From the NCBI RefSeq assembly GCF_000006765.1, contig NC_002516.2: a stretch of DNA of 64,000 nt; one strand, written 5' to 3'. Source of the stretch: Pseudomonas aeruginosa PAO1. GTDB taxonomy: Bacteria > Pseudomonadota > Gammaproteobacteria > Pseudomonadales > Pseudomonadaceae. Under the pieces are notes generated by a model. The model did not search any database and was not told the DNA's origin. It was given only the letters and a program-made list of their open reading frames with translations. Both the position numbers and the translations under genes were made by a program. This document shows, in pieces, positions 1-9,906 of this stretch. The stretch's first letter is position 1; each line of letters begins with the position of its first letter.

Positions 1-1
1 G

Positions 2-1051
2 CCGCTGGACATCGAAGTCGCCTGGCTGGCCGGCAAGCTCAAGGGCAAGGCCCGCGCGGCGGCACTGGAACGCATCGGCGACGGCGCGCCGATGGTGGTC
101 GGCACCCACGCGCTGTTCCAGGATGAAGTGAAATTCAAGCGCCTTGCACTGGCGATCATCGACGAACAGCACCGCTTCGGCGTGCAGCAGCGCCTGGCCC
201 TGCGCCAGAAGGGCGTGGACGGCAGGCTCTGCCCACACCAGTTGATCATGACCGCCACGCCGATCCCGCGGACCCTGGCGATGAGCGCCTATGCCGACCT
301 CGACACCTCGATCCTAGACGAGCTGCCGCCCGGGCGTACCCCGGTGAATACCGTGCTGGTGGCCGACAGCCGCCGTATCGAGGTGATCGAGCGAGTCCGC
401 GCGGCTTGCCGCGAAGGGCGCCAGGCCTACTGGGTGTGCACTCTGATCGAAGAGTCCGAGGAGCTTACCTGCCAGGCCGCCGAGACCACCTACGAAGAGC
501 TTTCCTCGGCGCTAGGCGAACTGCGCGTCGGCCTGATCCACGGGCGCATGAAGCCGGCGGACAAGGCCGTGGTGATGGAAGCCTTCAAGGAAGGCATGTT
601 GCAACTGCTGGTGGCGACCACGGTGATCGAGGTCGGCGTCGACGTGCCCAACGCCAGCCTGATGATCATCGAGAACCCCGAGCGCCTTGGCCTGGCCCAA
701 CTGCACCAGTTGCGCGGCCGGGTTGGCCGGGGCAGCGCCGCCAGCCACTGCGTGCTGCTCTACCACCCACCGCTGTCGCAGATCGGCCGCGAGCGGCTGG
801 GCATCATGCGCGAAACCAGCGACGGCTTCGTCATCGCCGAGAAGGACCTGGAATTGCGCGGCCCCGGCGAAATGCTCGGCACCCGCCAAACCGGCCTGCT
901 GCAATTCAAGGTCGCCGACCTGATGCGCGACGCAGACCTGCTGCCGGCGGTCCGCGATGCCGCCCAATCCCTCCTGGCGCACTGGCCGCAGCATGTCAGC
1001 CCGCTGCTCGAACGGTGGTTGCGCCACGGCCAGCAATACGGTCAAGTGTGA
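2..1051 (+). CDS. recG: ATP-dependent DNA helicase RecG, C-terminal part (5' end lies before the window)
   Basis: Open frame from the window start. SF2 helicase motifs VVGTHAL, IIDEQHRFG, MTATPIPRTL, ATTVIEVGVDVP and QLRGRVGRG, plus the RecG TRG motif DLELRGPGE. Confidence 0.97.
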   Translation, partial: PLDIEVAWLAGKLKGKARAAALERIGDGAPMVVGTHALFQDEVKFKRLALAIIDEQHRFGVQQRLALRQKGVDGRLCPHQLIMTATPIPRTLAMSAYADLDTSILDELPPGRTPVNTVLVADSRRIEVIERVRAACREGRQAYWVCTLIEESEELTCQAAETTYEELSSALGELRVGLIHGRMKPADKAVVMEAFKEGMLQLLVATTVIEVGVDVPNASLMIIENPERLGLAQLHQLRGRVGRGSAASHCVLLYHPPLSQIGRERLGIMRETSDGFVIAEKDLELRGPGEMLGTRQTGLLQFKVADLMRDADLLPAVRDAAQSLLAHWPQHVSPLLERWLRHGQQYGQV

Positions 1052-1140
1052 TCTATTTCGCTCTCGCTGACCGGCGTAGGTCTCAGTCTTGAAGCAGCTC
1101 TGGTTATACTGAGGGAAAATCCAGCTCGCATGGTCTCGTC

Positions 1141-2550
1141 ATGACAGAAGCCGCCCTGGCCTCCGCCGATGCTCCGCACGCCCCCCAGGTCATCCTCCAG
1201 CTGCTCGCCAAGCTAGGCATCGCCTGCCGCGAGGTCAGCGACAGCGCGGAGCTGCCTGCCGCCCGCCGGGTCCAGGCGGTGCTGCTGGACGACGCCGTCG
1301 GCACCCTGCTGGTGCTGTTCCCGCAGAGCCAGTTGCTGGACCTCGCCCGGCTCACCGAACTGACCGGCCGCAAGCTGCTGGCGATCAAGCCCGAGCGCCT
1401 GGAACGAATGCTCGGCAAGCACGAGTTGCACCGCCTGCCGGCGTTGCCGCCCCTGACCAGTTCGCCCTGCCTGTACGACGAGCGCCTGTTGCAGGAACCG
1501 CGCCTGCTGATCGAGTCCGGCCAGCCCGGCATCCTCCTGGAGATCGCCAGCAACGACTTCCGCGGCCTGCTGGGCAAGGCCAGCGCCGCGCGCTTCGGCG
1601 AACCGCTGGAAAACATCAACCTGAACCTTGACCGCCCGGACGACGACCGCGCGGAAATCAGCCAGGCCGTGCAGGCCTTCACCGCCCGGCGCATCCAGCA
1701 GCGCCTGGAGCAGACCATCGAGATTCCACCGCTGCCGCAGACGGCGCAGAAGATCATCAAGCTGCGGGTCGACCCCAACGCCAGCGTCGACGACATCACC
1801 GGTCTGGTGGAAACCGATCCGGCGCTCGCCGCCCAGGTGGTCAGTTGGGCGGCCTCGCCCTACTACGCCGCTCCGGGCAAGATCCGCTCGGTGGAAGACG
1901 CGATCGTCCGCGTCCTCGGTTTCGACCTGGTGATCAACCTGGCCCTCGGCCTCGCCCTGGGCAAGAGCCTGAGCCTGCCCAAGGACCAGCCACAGCAGGC
2001 CACGCCCTACTGGCAGCAAGCGATCTACACCGCCGCGGTGATCGAGGGCCTGACCCGCGCCATGCCGCGCGAGCTGCGCCCGGAGTCCGGCCTGAGCTAC
2101 CTGGGCGGCCTGCTGCACAATTTCGGCTACCTGGTCCTGGCGCATGTCTTCCCGCCGCATTTCTCGCTGATCTGCCGGCACCTGGAGGTCAACCCGCACC
2201 TCGGCCATGCCTATATCGAACAGCACCTGCTGGGGATCACCCGCGAGCAGATCGGCGCCTGGCTGATGCGCGTCTGGGACATGCCTGACGACCTCTATTG
2301 CGCCCTGCGCTTCCAGCAGGACCCCAGCTACACCGGGCCGAACGCGGTCTACGCCAACCTGATCTGCCTGACCAACCGGTTGCTGCGCAACAGCGGCATC
2401 GGCGATGGCACGCAGCAAGCGATTCCGGCGGCATTGTACGAGCGCCTGGGGATCACCCCGGAGAAGGCCGGGGACGCCGTGAAAAAGGTGCTGGAAGCGG
2501 AAGCGGCCCTGCGCGAACTGGCGGCCCAGTTCAATCGCTTGCCGGGGTGA
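1141..2550 (+). CDS. sadB: SadB: YbaK-like N-terminal domain fused to an HDOD domain (biofilm/motility regulator)
   Basis: HDOD signatures (ETDPALAAQVVSWA, IRSVEDAIVRVLG, GLLHNFGYLVL). Lies directly after recG, as in P. aeruginosa. Confidence 0.85.
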   Translation: MTEAALASADAPHAPQVILQLLAKLGIACREVSDSAELPAARRVQAVLLDDAVGTLLVLFPQSQLLDLARLTELTGRKLLAIKPERLERMLGKHELHRLPALPPLTSSPCLYDERLLQEPRLLIESGQPGILLEIASNDFRGLLGKASAARFGEPLENINLNLDRPDDDRAEISQAVQAFTARRIQQRLEQTIEIPPLPQTAQKIIKLRVDPNASVDDITGLVETDPALAAQVVSWAASPYYAAPGKIRSVEDAIVRVLGFDLVINLALGLALGKSLSLPKDQPQQATPYWQQAIYTAAVIEGLTRAMPRELRPESGLSYLGGLLHNFGYLVLAHVFPPHFSLICRHLEVNPHLGHAYIEQHLLGITREQIGAWLMRVWDMPDDLYCALRFQQDPSYTGPNAVYANLICLTNRLLRNSGIGDGTQQAIPAALYERLGITPEKAGDAVKKVLEAEAALRELAAQFNRLPG

Positions 2551-2621
2551 CCGGGTAGTCCGCTGCGAAACGCACTACCGAAAGGCTGCGGCCGCAGCCC
2601 GGATGAGATCGAAAGCCGCCC

Positions 2622-3014
2622 TCAGGCGGCTTTCTTCTCCGGAGCCTTCTTCTTCGGCTTGAGGTACTTCACCAGACCCTGGAACCAGATCACCAGCGCC
2701 GGATTGCCCTGTATCTGGATGTCCTTGTTCTGGATGCCCTGCATGAAGGCCAGCTGCGGGTTCTTCGAAGTCATCGCGGCGAAACCGTAGGCTCCGTCCT
2801 TGAACCCCAGGGAAAAAGCCGGTTGCGGATGGGTACCGCGCTTGCTGCTGACGCGCAGGTCCCTGACCAGGTAGTGGCGCGCCACCTTGCCGTCGAGGGT
2901 ATGCAACTGGAACACCAGGTCCTTGCCCTCGAGCTGCTTCTGGAAAGCGGGATTGTCGCGGCTGGCCTTGGCCATCAGGCGACCAAGCATCCACAGGAGA
3001 AGACGAAATTTCAT
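2622..3014 (-). CDS. Small SCP2/sterol-carrier-like protein with a Lys-rich tail
   Basis: 130 aa with typical codon usage. The C-terminal AFMQGIQNKDIQIQGNPALVIWF resembles the SCP2 'A.m.GklkieGd' motif. Confidence 0.6.
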   Translation of the reverse strand: MKFRLLLWMLGRLMAKASRDNPAFQKQLEGKDLVFQLHTLDGKVARHYLVRDLRVSSKRGTHPQPAFSLGFKDGAYGFAAMTSKNPQLAFMQGIQNKDIQIQGNPALVIWFQGLVKYLKPKKKAPEKKAA

Positions 3015-3116
3015 GCACGCGCCTCGATATCCGGGGAGATGAGCGGCGCATTGTAGCTGTTCGCGAGGAGGACTACAGCTGTCCTTTCGATGAGCGCGGA
3101 AGCGTCTTCGACGAAG

Positions 3117-3140
3117 CCCGGAGCCGCTCTGACTCCGGGC
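3117..3140 (-). terminator. Hairpin after the HU-like gene
   Basis: GCCCGGAG-N9-CTCCGGGC inverted repeat just past the stop codon. The U-tract is weak. Confidence 0.5.
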
Positions 3141-3149
3141 TCTCGGCGG

Positions 3150-3422
3150 TCAGTTGACCGCGTCGCGCAGGGCCTTGCCCGGCTTGAAGGCGACGGTGTT
3201 GCTGGCCTTGATCTTCACCGGCTGGCCGGTCTGCGGGTTCTTCCCCGTGCGGGCTCCGCGATGGCGTTGCAGGAAGGTGCCGAAACCGACCAGGGTCACG
3301 CTGTCCTTGCGGTTCAGCGCGCCGGTGATTTCATCCAACAGGGCGTTGAGAACGCGATTGGCCTGTTCCTTGGTGAGATCGGCCTTTTCGGCGATAGCGG
3401 CGGCTAGTTCTGGTTTACGCAT
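3150..3422 (-). CDS. HU-family DNA-binding protein
   Basis: 90 aa from ATG 3422 (MRKPELAAAIAEKADLT...). HU/IHF motifs VTLVGFGTF, RTGKNPQTG and VAFKPGKALRDAVN. Confidence 0.93.
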   Translation of the reverse strand: MRKPELAAAIAEKADLTKEQANRVLNALLDEITGALNRKDSVTLVGFGTFLQRHRGARTGKNPQTGQPVKIKASNTVAFKPGKALRDAVN

Positions 3423-3623
3423 AGTTGCCTCTTTGACGGTTTGTTGTTTTTGTGTCCGTGCTGTCTTCCCAGCAGCGCTCAAAGGCACCGCAGTCCACCG
3501 GAACCATAGGCTCTAGACTGCGGTAGACGCGATGGAGGATGGCATGCTCCCGAGGACTGCGCCAGTATCGTCCGACAATTTTGCCGCAAGTCTCGACGGC
3601 ATAACGGCCGGAACCAATGGCAT

Positions 3624-4778
3624 TCAAGCCATGAGGCCGGGTAACTCTTTGTTCAGGGCCAATTTTTCGTTCACCGCCGCTCCGGTCAGGGCATAACCGA
3701 TCACTCGACCAGCGGTATCCCGACACAGGACCTTGAGGTCCGTTCCAGAGCCTTCCACTAGCCATTGGCCATCCATTCCGCGGGGCGGCGGCGACACCAC
3801 CAGCGGGCAGGCCGGGGTCTTCACCGTCACCGGCATGGGACCGTAGGCCACCTGGCTGGGGTTGCCGGCGAGGGTCTGCGCCAGGGCGCGTGCGCAGGCC
3901 ATCAGCGGCATCACATAGAGCAGGTTGAGGCCGTCCACTTCGGCGCAGTCGCCCAGCGCGTAGATGTTGGCGTGGGAGGTGCGCAGCGAGCGGTCGACGA
4001 CGATCCCGCGGTTGACCGCCAGCCCGGCGGCGAAGGCCAGTTCGGTGCGCGGACGCAGGCCGACGGCGGAGACCACCAGGTCGCAGGGAATCACCTCGCC
4101 ATCCGAAAGATGCGCTTCCAGCCCCTCGCCGGCCTTCTTCAGGCTGGCCAGCACCGGCCCCAGGTGGAAGCGCACGCCGAGGCCTTCCAGGCCTGCCTGC
4201 ACGGCCTTCGCCGCGGCCGGGTGGAGCAGGCCCGGCATGACCTGCTCGCAAGGCGCCACCACGTCGAGCTGGTAGCCGCCGCTGGAGAGGTCGTTGGCGA
4301 ATTCGCAACCGATCAGCCCCGCACCGAGCAGCAGTACCCGGCGCTTGCCGGCAGCCGCCTGGCGGAAGCGCGCGTAGTCTTCCAGGTCGTTGATCGGGTA
4401 GAGCGCGTCCTGGGCATCGCCCTCGACCGGCACCCGGATCGGCTCCGCGCCCCAGGCCAGGACCAGGTCGCGATAACGCACCTCTTCCTCGCCGATCCAG
4501 ATCCGCTGATGGCCGGGATCGATACCGGTGACCCGGGTATGGGTCAGGATGCGCGCGTTCAGTTGCTCGGCCATGGCGCCCGGTTCGGCCATGGCCAGGC
4601 CGTCGGCGTCCTTGTTCTTCGAGAAGCCGGTAGAGAGCATCGGCTTGGAATAGGAACGGCCGTCGTCGGCGGTGATCATCAGCAGCGGCGTCTCGCCGTC
4701 CAGCTTGCGCCACTCGCGGGCCAGGTTGTAGCCCGCCAGGCCGGTTCCGATGATTACCAGGGGCGCACGCTCGCTCAT
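3624..4778 (-). CDS. rubB: NAD(P)H:rubredoxin reductase
   Basis: Two Rossmann motifs ([18 protein letters not shown]) and IYALGDCAE. Adjacent to the rubredoxin genes. Confidence 0.93.
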
Positions 4779-4829
4779 TTCCGTTCCTCTGTGATTGCCG
4801 GCGCCGGGCGCCGCTTCTGTGGATTTCGC

Positions 4830-4997
4830 TCAGGCGATCTCGATCATCTCGAAATCGATCTTGCCGACACCGCAGTCCGGGCAGACCCAGTCCGCCGGGA
4901 TGTCCTCCCAACGGGTTCCCGCCGGAATGCCTTCTTCGGGCAGGCCCAGGGCTTCGTCGTAGATGAAGCCGCAGACCACGCATTGCCACTTGCGCAT
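4830..4997 (-). CDS. rubA2: Rubredoxin 2 (55 aa, not in the supplied ORF track)
   Basis: Manual translation [55 protein letters not shown] shows two CxxCG knuckles. Confidence 0.95.
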   Translation of the reverse strand: MRKWQCVVCGFIYDEALGLPEEGIPAGTRWEDIPADWVCPDCGVGKIDFEMIEIA

Positions 4998-5137
4998 AGC
5001 CACCCTCCTCGTTCGTCGAACCTAGCTCAGCGTCGGTGGCCGGCCAACGGCAAGGCTGCCGGGCGTTCCCGGCAGGACAGTCAATGACCGGACCCAAGTC
5101 CCAAGGATAACTCCTGGACGGCCGCTGGCCAGGCATG

Positions 5138-5161
5138 AAAAAAGGCGGCCAGGGCCGCCTT
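5138..5161 (-). terminator. Rho-independent terminator after rubA1
   Basis: Minus strand reads AAGGCGGC-CCTG-GCCGCCTT followed by TTTT. Confidence 0.7.
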
Positions 5162-5180
5162 CTTCGCCGGCGAGCGGGGC

Positions 5181-5348
5181 TCAGCCGATTTCGATCATCT
5201 CGAAGTCCAGCTTGCCGACGCCGCAGTCGGGGCACAGCCAGTCTTCAGGCACGTCTTCCCAGCGCGTTCCCGCCTCGATGCCTTCTTCCGGCCAGCCTTT
5301 GGCCTCGTCATAGATCAGTCCACACACCACGCATTGCCACTTCTTCAT
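5181..5348 (-). CDS. rubA1: Rubredoxin 1 (55 aa, not in the supplied ORF track)
   Basis: Manual translation [55 protein letters not shown]; SD GAGG upstream. Confidence 0.95.
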   Translation of the reverse strand: MKKWQCVVCGLIYDEAKGWPEEGIEAGTRWEDVPEDWLCPDCGVGKLDFEMIEIG

Positions 5349-5481
5349 TGTTTACCTCGGGCGGGTTACCACGGTTCAGCGCCGGCAACCTATAACAAAT
5401 CCACCCTGTCCGCCAACCTGCCCGAAAGGCAAGGTGGTGCCGAACGGGCCAACCAAAGATGGGTGGTGCCCACCGGTCGCC

Positions 5482-5883
5482 TCACAACCCCTCGGCTCCG
5501 ATCCGCGCCACCCGGGCGTCCTCTTCGGCGCGTACGCCGGAAACCCCGACCGCGCCGACCACCTGTCCGTCCACCAGGATCGGCACGCCGCCCTCCAGGG
5601 TGGCCTGCAGCAGCGGCACCGAGAGGAAGGCACTGCGTCCGCCGTTGATCATGTCCTCGTAGCGCTTCGTTTCCCGGCGCCCGAGGGCGGCGCTGCGGGC
5701 CTTTTCCGTCGCGATGTAGGCACCGATCGGCGCGCAGCCGTCGAGGCGCTCCAGCGCCAGCGGGTGGCCGCCGTCGTCGACCACCGCGATGCTCACCGCC
5801 CAGCCTTGGCGCTGTGCCTCCTCGCGGGCCGCGCCAAGGACGCGGGCGACCTCCTCGCGGCCGAGTACCGGCTTGCTGTGCAT
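5482..5883 (-). CDS. glcG: GlcG/HbpS-family heme-binding protein
   Basis: Motifs SIAVVDDGGH, IATEKARSAA and GGVPILVDGQVVGAVGVSG. Last gene of the glc operon; start at ATG 5883. Confidence 0.88.
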   Translation of the reverse strand: MHSKPVLGREEVARVLGAAREEAQRQGWAVSIAVVDDGGHPLALERLDGCAPIGAYIATEKARSAALGRRETKRYEDMINGGRSAFLSVPLLQATLEGGVPILVDGQVVGAVGVSGVRAEEDARVARIGAEGL

Positions 5884-5887
5884 GGTT

Positions 5888-7114
5888 TCACTCTCCTCCG
5901 GGCAAGGCCTGGTCGAGCAGCTCGATCCAGTGGCGTACCGGGGTCCGTCCGGCCCCGTCGAGATGGGCCTGGCAACCGACGTTGGCCGTGACGATGACAT
6001 CCGGCGCGCCGCTTTCCAGGGCGTCCAGGCGGTTGTCGCGCAGACGCTGGGACAGCGCCGGCTGGGTCAGCGAGTAGGTGCCGGCGGAGCCGCAGCAGAG
6101 ATGACCGTCGGCCACCTCGGTGAGATGGAAGCCCAGTCGCCGCAGCACCGCCTCCACGGCCCCGCCCAGTCGTTGCGCGTGCTGCAGTGTGCATGGGCAG
6201 TGGAATGCCAGGCGCTGGTCGCAGCGCAGGCCGAGGGACTCCAGCGGCTCGTCGCGAAGCACTTCCACCAGGTCGCGGGCAGCGGCGGCGACCTCGCGCG
6301 CCTTGTCCGCGTACCGTGGGTCGTCGCGCAGCAGGTAGGCGTAGTCCTTGACGAAGGCGCCGCAGCCGCTGGCGGTCTGCACGATGGCCTCGGCACCCTC
6401 GCGCAGCAACGGCCACCAGGCGTCGATATTGCGCCGCGCGCGCTGGCGGCCGCGCTCCTGCGCATCCAGGTGGAAATCCAGCGCGCCGCAGCAGCCGGCC
6501 GCAGCCGCCGGCGTCACGCTGATTCCCAGACGGTCCAGAACCCGCGCGGCGGCGGCGTTGGTGTTCGGCGACAGCGCCGGCTGCACGCAACCTTCGAGCA
6601 GCAGCACGCGCCGCGCATGCCGGGGCTGCGGCCGCCTGCCCGGCGCCGCGACCCGACGTGGCAGCTTGCCCTGCATCGCCTCAGGCAGCAGAGGCCTCAG
6701 CCGCCCGGCAGCGCCGGCCAGCGCGCCGAACAACCCCGGGCGCGGGGCCAGCAGGCGCAGCCCGTCGCGCAGCAGGCGTTGCCGGAAGCCGCGCGGCAGG
6801 CGTTCGGCGAGGAGGTCGCGGCCGATATCCAGCAGCTTGTGGTACTCGACTCCGGACGGGCAGGTGGTTTCGCAGTTGCGGCAGCTCAGGCAGCGATCGA
6901 GGTGCAGGCGAGTGCGCTCGCTGGCCTCGTCGCGCTCGAGAAACTGCTTGATCAGGTAGATCCGTCCGCGCGGGCCGTCGAGTTCGTCGCCCAGCTCCTG
7001 GTAGGTCGGGCAGGTGGCGTTGCAGAAACCGCAGTGCACGCAGCTGCGCAGGATGCGCTCGGCTTCGGCGGCCTCGGCGCGTTGCCGGGCGGAATCGCAG
7101 AGGTTGGTTTGCAT
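5888..7114 (-). CDS. glcF: Glycolate oxidase iron-sulfur subunit
   Basis: CVHCGFCNATCP and CLSCRNCETTCP 4Fe-4S motifs, plus CCG domains. Confidence 0.95.
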   Translation of the reverse strand: MQTNLCDSARQRAEAAEAERILRSCVHCGFCNATCPTYQELGDELDGPRGRIYLIKQFLERDEASERTRLHLDRCLSCRNCETTCPSGVEYHKLLDIGRDLLAERLPRGFRQRLLRDGLRLLAPRPGLFGALAGAAGRLRPLLPEAMQGKLPRRVAAPGRRPQPRHARRVLLLEGCVQPALSPNTNAAAARVLDRLGISVTPAAAAGCCGALDFHLDAQERGRQRARRNIDAWWPLLREGAEAIVQTASGCGAFVKDYAYLLRDDPRYADKAREVAAAARDLVEVLRDEPLESLGLRCDQRLAFHCPCTLQHAQRLGGAVEAVLRRLGFHLTEVADGHLCCGSAGTYSLTQPALSQRLRDNRLDALESGAPDVIVTANVGCQAHLDGAGRTPVRHWIELLDQALPGGE

Positions 7115-7123
7115 CGCGCCTCC

Positions 7124-8203
7124 TCAGAGTTCGGCGTACATCCGCCCGGGATTGAAGATGCCCTGCGGGTCGAGCTGGCGTTTGAGAGCCCGGTGCAGGC
7201 CGAGCAGTCCAGGCGATAGCGGCTGGAACGGCGCATCGAGATGGCCGGCGCGGTAGCAGGTGGCGTGGCCGCCATGGGCGGCGGTCCACGCGCGGATGTC
7301 CGCGGCCGGCGCGTCGCTCTTCAGCCAGCGCAGCGCCCCGCCCCAGTCCAGCAACTGACGACCGGGCAACGGCGTCTCCGGCGCCAGCGCCGGCAGCGAC
7401 AGGCGCCAGAGCGGTCGCGGATCGTCGAAGAACGGCAGGCGCTGCTCGCGCAGGTCGGCCCAGAAGCCGTCATCGAGCGCTTCGCCACCGAGGCGGTCGC
7501 GTGCCGAGCGTACCGAGCCCTCGCCGCCCTCCAGGCGCAGGCGCAGGGCTTCGCCGTCGTGGCAGGCCGCACTGATCGGCAATGGCTGGCCTCCCCACTC
7601 GGCCAGCTTGCGCAACGCCATCGCCACCGGTAGGTCCAGGCTCAGGCCGGCCTGGCAGCGCGGCATGGGCAGCACCTTGAAGGACACTTCGGTGACCACC
7701 CCGAGGCAACCGAAGCTGCCCGCCAGCAACCGCGACAGGTCGTAGCCGGCGACGTTCTTCATCACCTCGCCGCCGAAGCGCAGGTGGGTGCCCAGGCCAC
7801 TGATCAGCCGCGTGCCGAGGACGAAATCGCGCACCGCTCCCGCCCAGGGCCGGCGCGGTCCGGACAGGCCGCTGGCGAGCACCCCGCCGACCGTCGCCCG
7901 GCCGCCGAAACCCGGCGCCTCGCAGGCAAGCATCTGCCCGCCGCGCGCCAGCACGGCCTGTAGCTCGTCCAGCGGCGTACCGGCACGGGCGGTGATCACC
8001 AGTTCGCAGGGATCGTAGGCGACGATCCCACGGTGTTCGGCGAGCGCCAGCGGTTCGCCCGCAACCGGCCTGCCGAGGAACGCCTTGCTATCGCCGCCGA
8101 CGATGCGCAGCGGCGCGCGCCGCGCCAGGGCGTCGCGGACCCGCTCGAGCAGCGCGCCGGCATGGTCGGCGCCAGCGTCCGGATCGAAATACGGCTGGCT
8201 CAT
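7124..8203 (-). CDS. glcE: Glycolate oxidase FAD-binding subunit
   Basis: GGEVMKNVAGYDLSRL and DPQGIFNPGR. ATG at 8203 overlaps the glcD stop. Confidence 0.93.
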   Translation of the reverse strand: MSQPYFDPDAGADHAGALLERVRDALARRAPLRIVGGDSKAFLGRPVAGEPLALAEHRGIVAYDPCELVITARAGTPLDELQAVLARGGQMLACEAPGFGGRATVGGVLASGLSGPRRPWAGAVRDFVLGTRLISGLGTHLRFGGEVMKNVAGYDLSRLLAGSFGCLGVVTEVSFKVLPMPRCQAGLSLDLPVAMALRKLAEWGGQPLPISAACHDGEALRLRLEGGEGSVRSARDRLGGEALDDGFWADLREQRLPFFDDPRPLWRLSLPALAPETPLPGRQLLDWGGALRWLKSDAPAADIRAWTAAHGGHATCYRAGHLDAPFQPLSPGLLGLHRALKRQLDPQGIFNPGRMYAEL

Positions 8204-9702
8204 CAGAAACGCTCCAGTTCGGGGAACGGCAGTCGACCGTGGTGGACGTGCATGGCGCCGAACTCGGCGCAGCGATGCAGGGTGGGCACGTTCTTGCCGG
8301 GATTGAGCAGCCCGGCCGGGTCGAACGCCGCCTTCACGGCGTGGAACAGGGTCAGCTCGTCGGCATTGAACTGAGCGCACATCTGGTTGATCTTCTCGCG
8401 GCCGACGCCATGTTCGCCGGTGATGCTGCCGCCTACCGCCACGCACAACTCGAGGATCCTGCCGCCCAGCGCTTCAGCGCGCTCCAGCTCGCCCGCCAGG
8501 TTGGCGTCGAAGAGGATCAGCGGGTGCATGTTGCCGTCGCCGGCGTGGAATACGTTGGCCACCCGCAGGCCGTATTCGCGCGAAAGCTCGGCGATGCCAT
8601 GCAGCACCCGCGGCAGCTCGCGGCGCGGGATGCTGCCGTCCATGCAGTAGTAATCGGGGGAAATCCGCCCGACCGCCGGAAACGCATTCTTGCGCCCGGC
8701 CCAGAAGCGCTGGCGCTCGGCCTCGTCTTGGGCCTGTCGCACCGAGGTGGCGCCAGCCGCCTCGAACAGCTCGCGGACCCGCTCGCAATCCTCGTGCACG
8801 TCGGCTTCCACGCCATCCAGTTCGCAGAGCAGGATCGCCGCCGCGTCGACCGGGTAACCGGCGTGGATGAAATCCTCAGCGGCGCGGATCGACAGGTTGT
8901 CCATCATTTCCAGCCCGGCCGGGACGATGCCGGCACCGATCAGGTCGGCCACCGCCCGCCCGGCGCTTTCCACATCGTCGAAGCTGGCCAGCAGGACCTT
9001 CGCCACCGGCGGGCGCGGCAACAGCCTGACGGTGACCTCCACCACCACGCCGAGCAGCCCTTCGGAGCCGGTGAACAGCGCCAGCAGGTCGAAGCCGGCG
9101 CTGTCCAGGGCGCTGGACCCCAGGCTCAGGCGCTCGCCTTCCAGGGTCACGATGTCCACCTGCAACAGGTTGTGCACGGTCAGGCCGTACTTCAGGCAAT
9201 GCACGCCGCCGGCGTTCTCCGCGACGTTGCCGCCGATGGAGCAGGCGATCTGCGAGGACGGGTCCGGTGCATAGTACAGACCATGAGGGGCAGCGGCCTG
9301 GGAGATCGCCAGGTTGCGCACGCCAGGCTGGACCCGGGCGAAACGACCCAGCGGATCGATCTCGAGGATCCGCCGGAAACGCGCCATCACCAGCAGTACG
9401 CCGTTCTCCAGCGGCAGCGCGCCGCCGGACAGGCCGGTGCCGGCACCGCGCGCCACGACCGGCACCTTCAGCCGATGGCAGAGGGCGAGCAGGCCCTGAA
9501 CCTGTTCGATGCGTTCCGGCAATGCCACCAGCAACGGCGTGCAGCGATACGCCGAGAGTCCGTCGCACTCGTAGGGACGCAGGTCTTCCGCGGCGTGCAG
9601 CAGTTCGAGGTCGGGCAGGCGGAGGCGCAACTCGGCCAGCAGGCCATCCTTGTCCACCTGCGGCAGCGGACCGTCCAGACGCTCGTCGTAGAGGATGTTC
9701 AT
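8203..9702 (-). CDS. glcD: Glycolate oxidase subunit D
   Basis: MNILYDE start; RGAGTGLSGG, APDPSS, HAGDGNMHP and GEHGVG motifs. Confidence 0.95.
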   Translation of the reverse strand: MNILYDERLDGPLPQVDKDGLLAELRLRLPDLELLHAAEDLRPYECDGLSAYRCTPLLVALPERIEQVQGLLALCHRLKVPVVARGAGTGLSGGALPLENGVLLVMARFRRILEIDPLGRFARVQPGVRNLAISQAAAPHGLYYAPDPSSQIACSIGGNVAENAGGVHCLKYGLTVHNLLQVDIVTLEGERLSLGSSALDSAGFDLLALFTGSEGLLGVVVEVTVRLLPRPPVAKVLLASFDDVESAGRAVADLIGAGIVPAGLEMMDNLSIRAAEDFIHAGYPVDAAAILLCELDGVEADVHEDCERVRELFEAAGATSVRQAQDEAERQRFWAGRKNAFPAVGRISPDYYCMDGSIPRRELPRVLHGIAELSREYGLRVANVFHAGDGNMHPLILFDANLAGELERAEALGGRILELCVAVGGSITGEHGVGREKINQMCAQFNADELTLFHAVKAAFDPAGLLNPGKNVPTLHRCAEFGAMHVHHGRLPFPELERF

Positions 9703-9788
9703 GGCGGCTGTCCTTGTTGTGGTTGTCGGCGGGATCAGCAAGCGTCCACAGCCTGTACCGCGCGGACGCCGGGGTCCAGCAGGCGTCT

Positions 9789-9803
9789 AACTGGTCCTAC
9801 CAG
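9789..9803. promoter_or_regulatory. Putative GlcC operator, copy 1 (AACTGGTCCTACCAG)
   Basis: Dyad ACTGGT-CCT-ACCAGT resembling FadR-subfamily (PdhR/LldR-type) boxes, in the glcD-glcC divergent region. Confidence 0.7.
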
Positions 9804-9875
9804 TATCACCAGGAGCCATGGGCATGAGGCGCATGCTAGAAAGTCCCTGAGCTTCTATAGTGAGTAACGACAGCC

Positions 9876-9890
9876 AACTGGTCCTACCAG
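9876..9890. promoter_or_regulatory. Putative GlcC operator, copy 2
   Basis: Identical 15-mer AACTGGTCCTACCAG, 87 bp from copy 1. Confidence 0.7.
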
Positions 9891-9906
9891 CGCAACGGGA
9901 GCTTCC

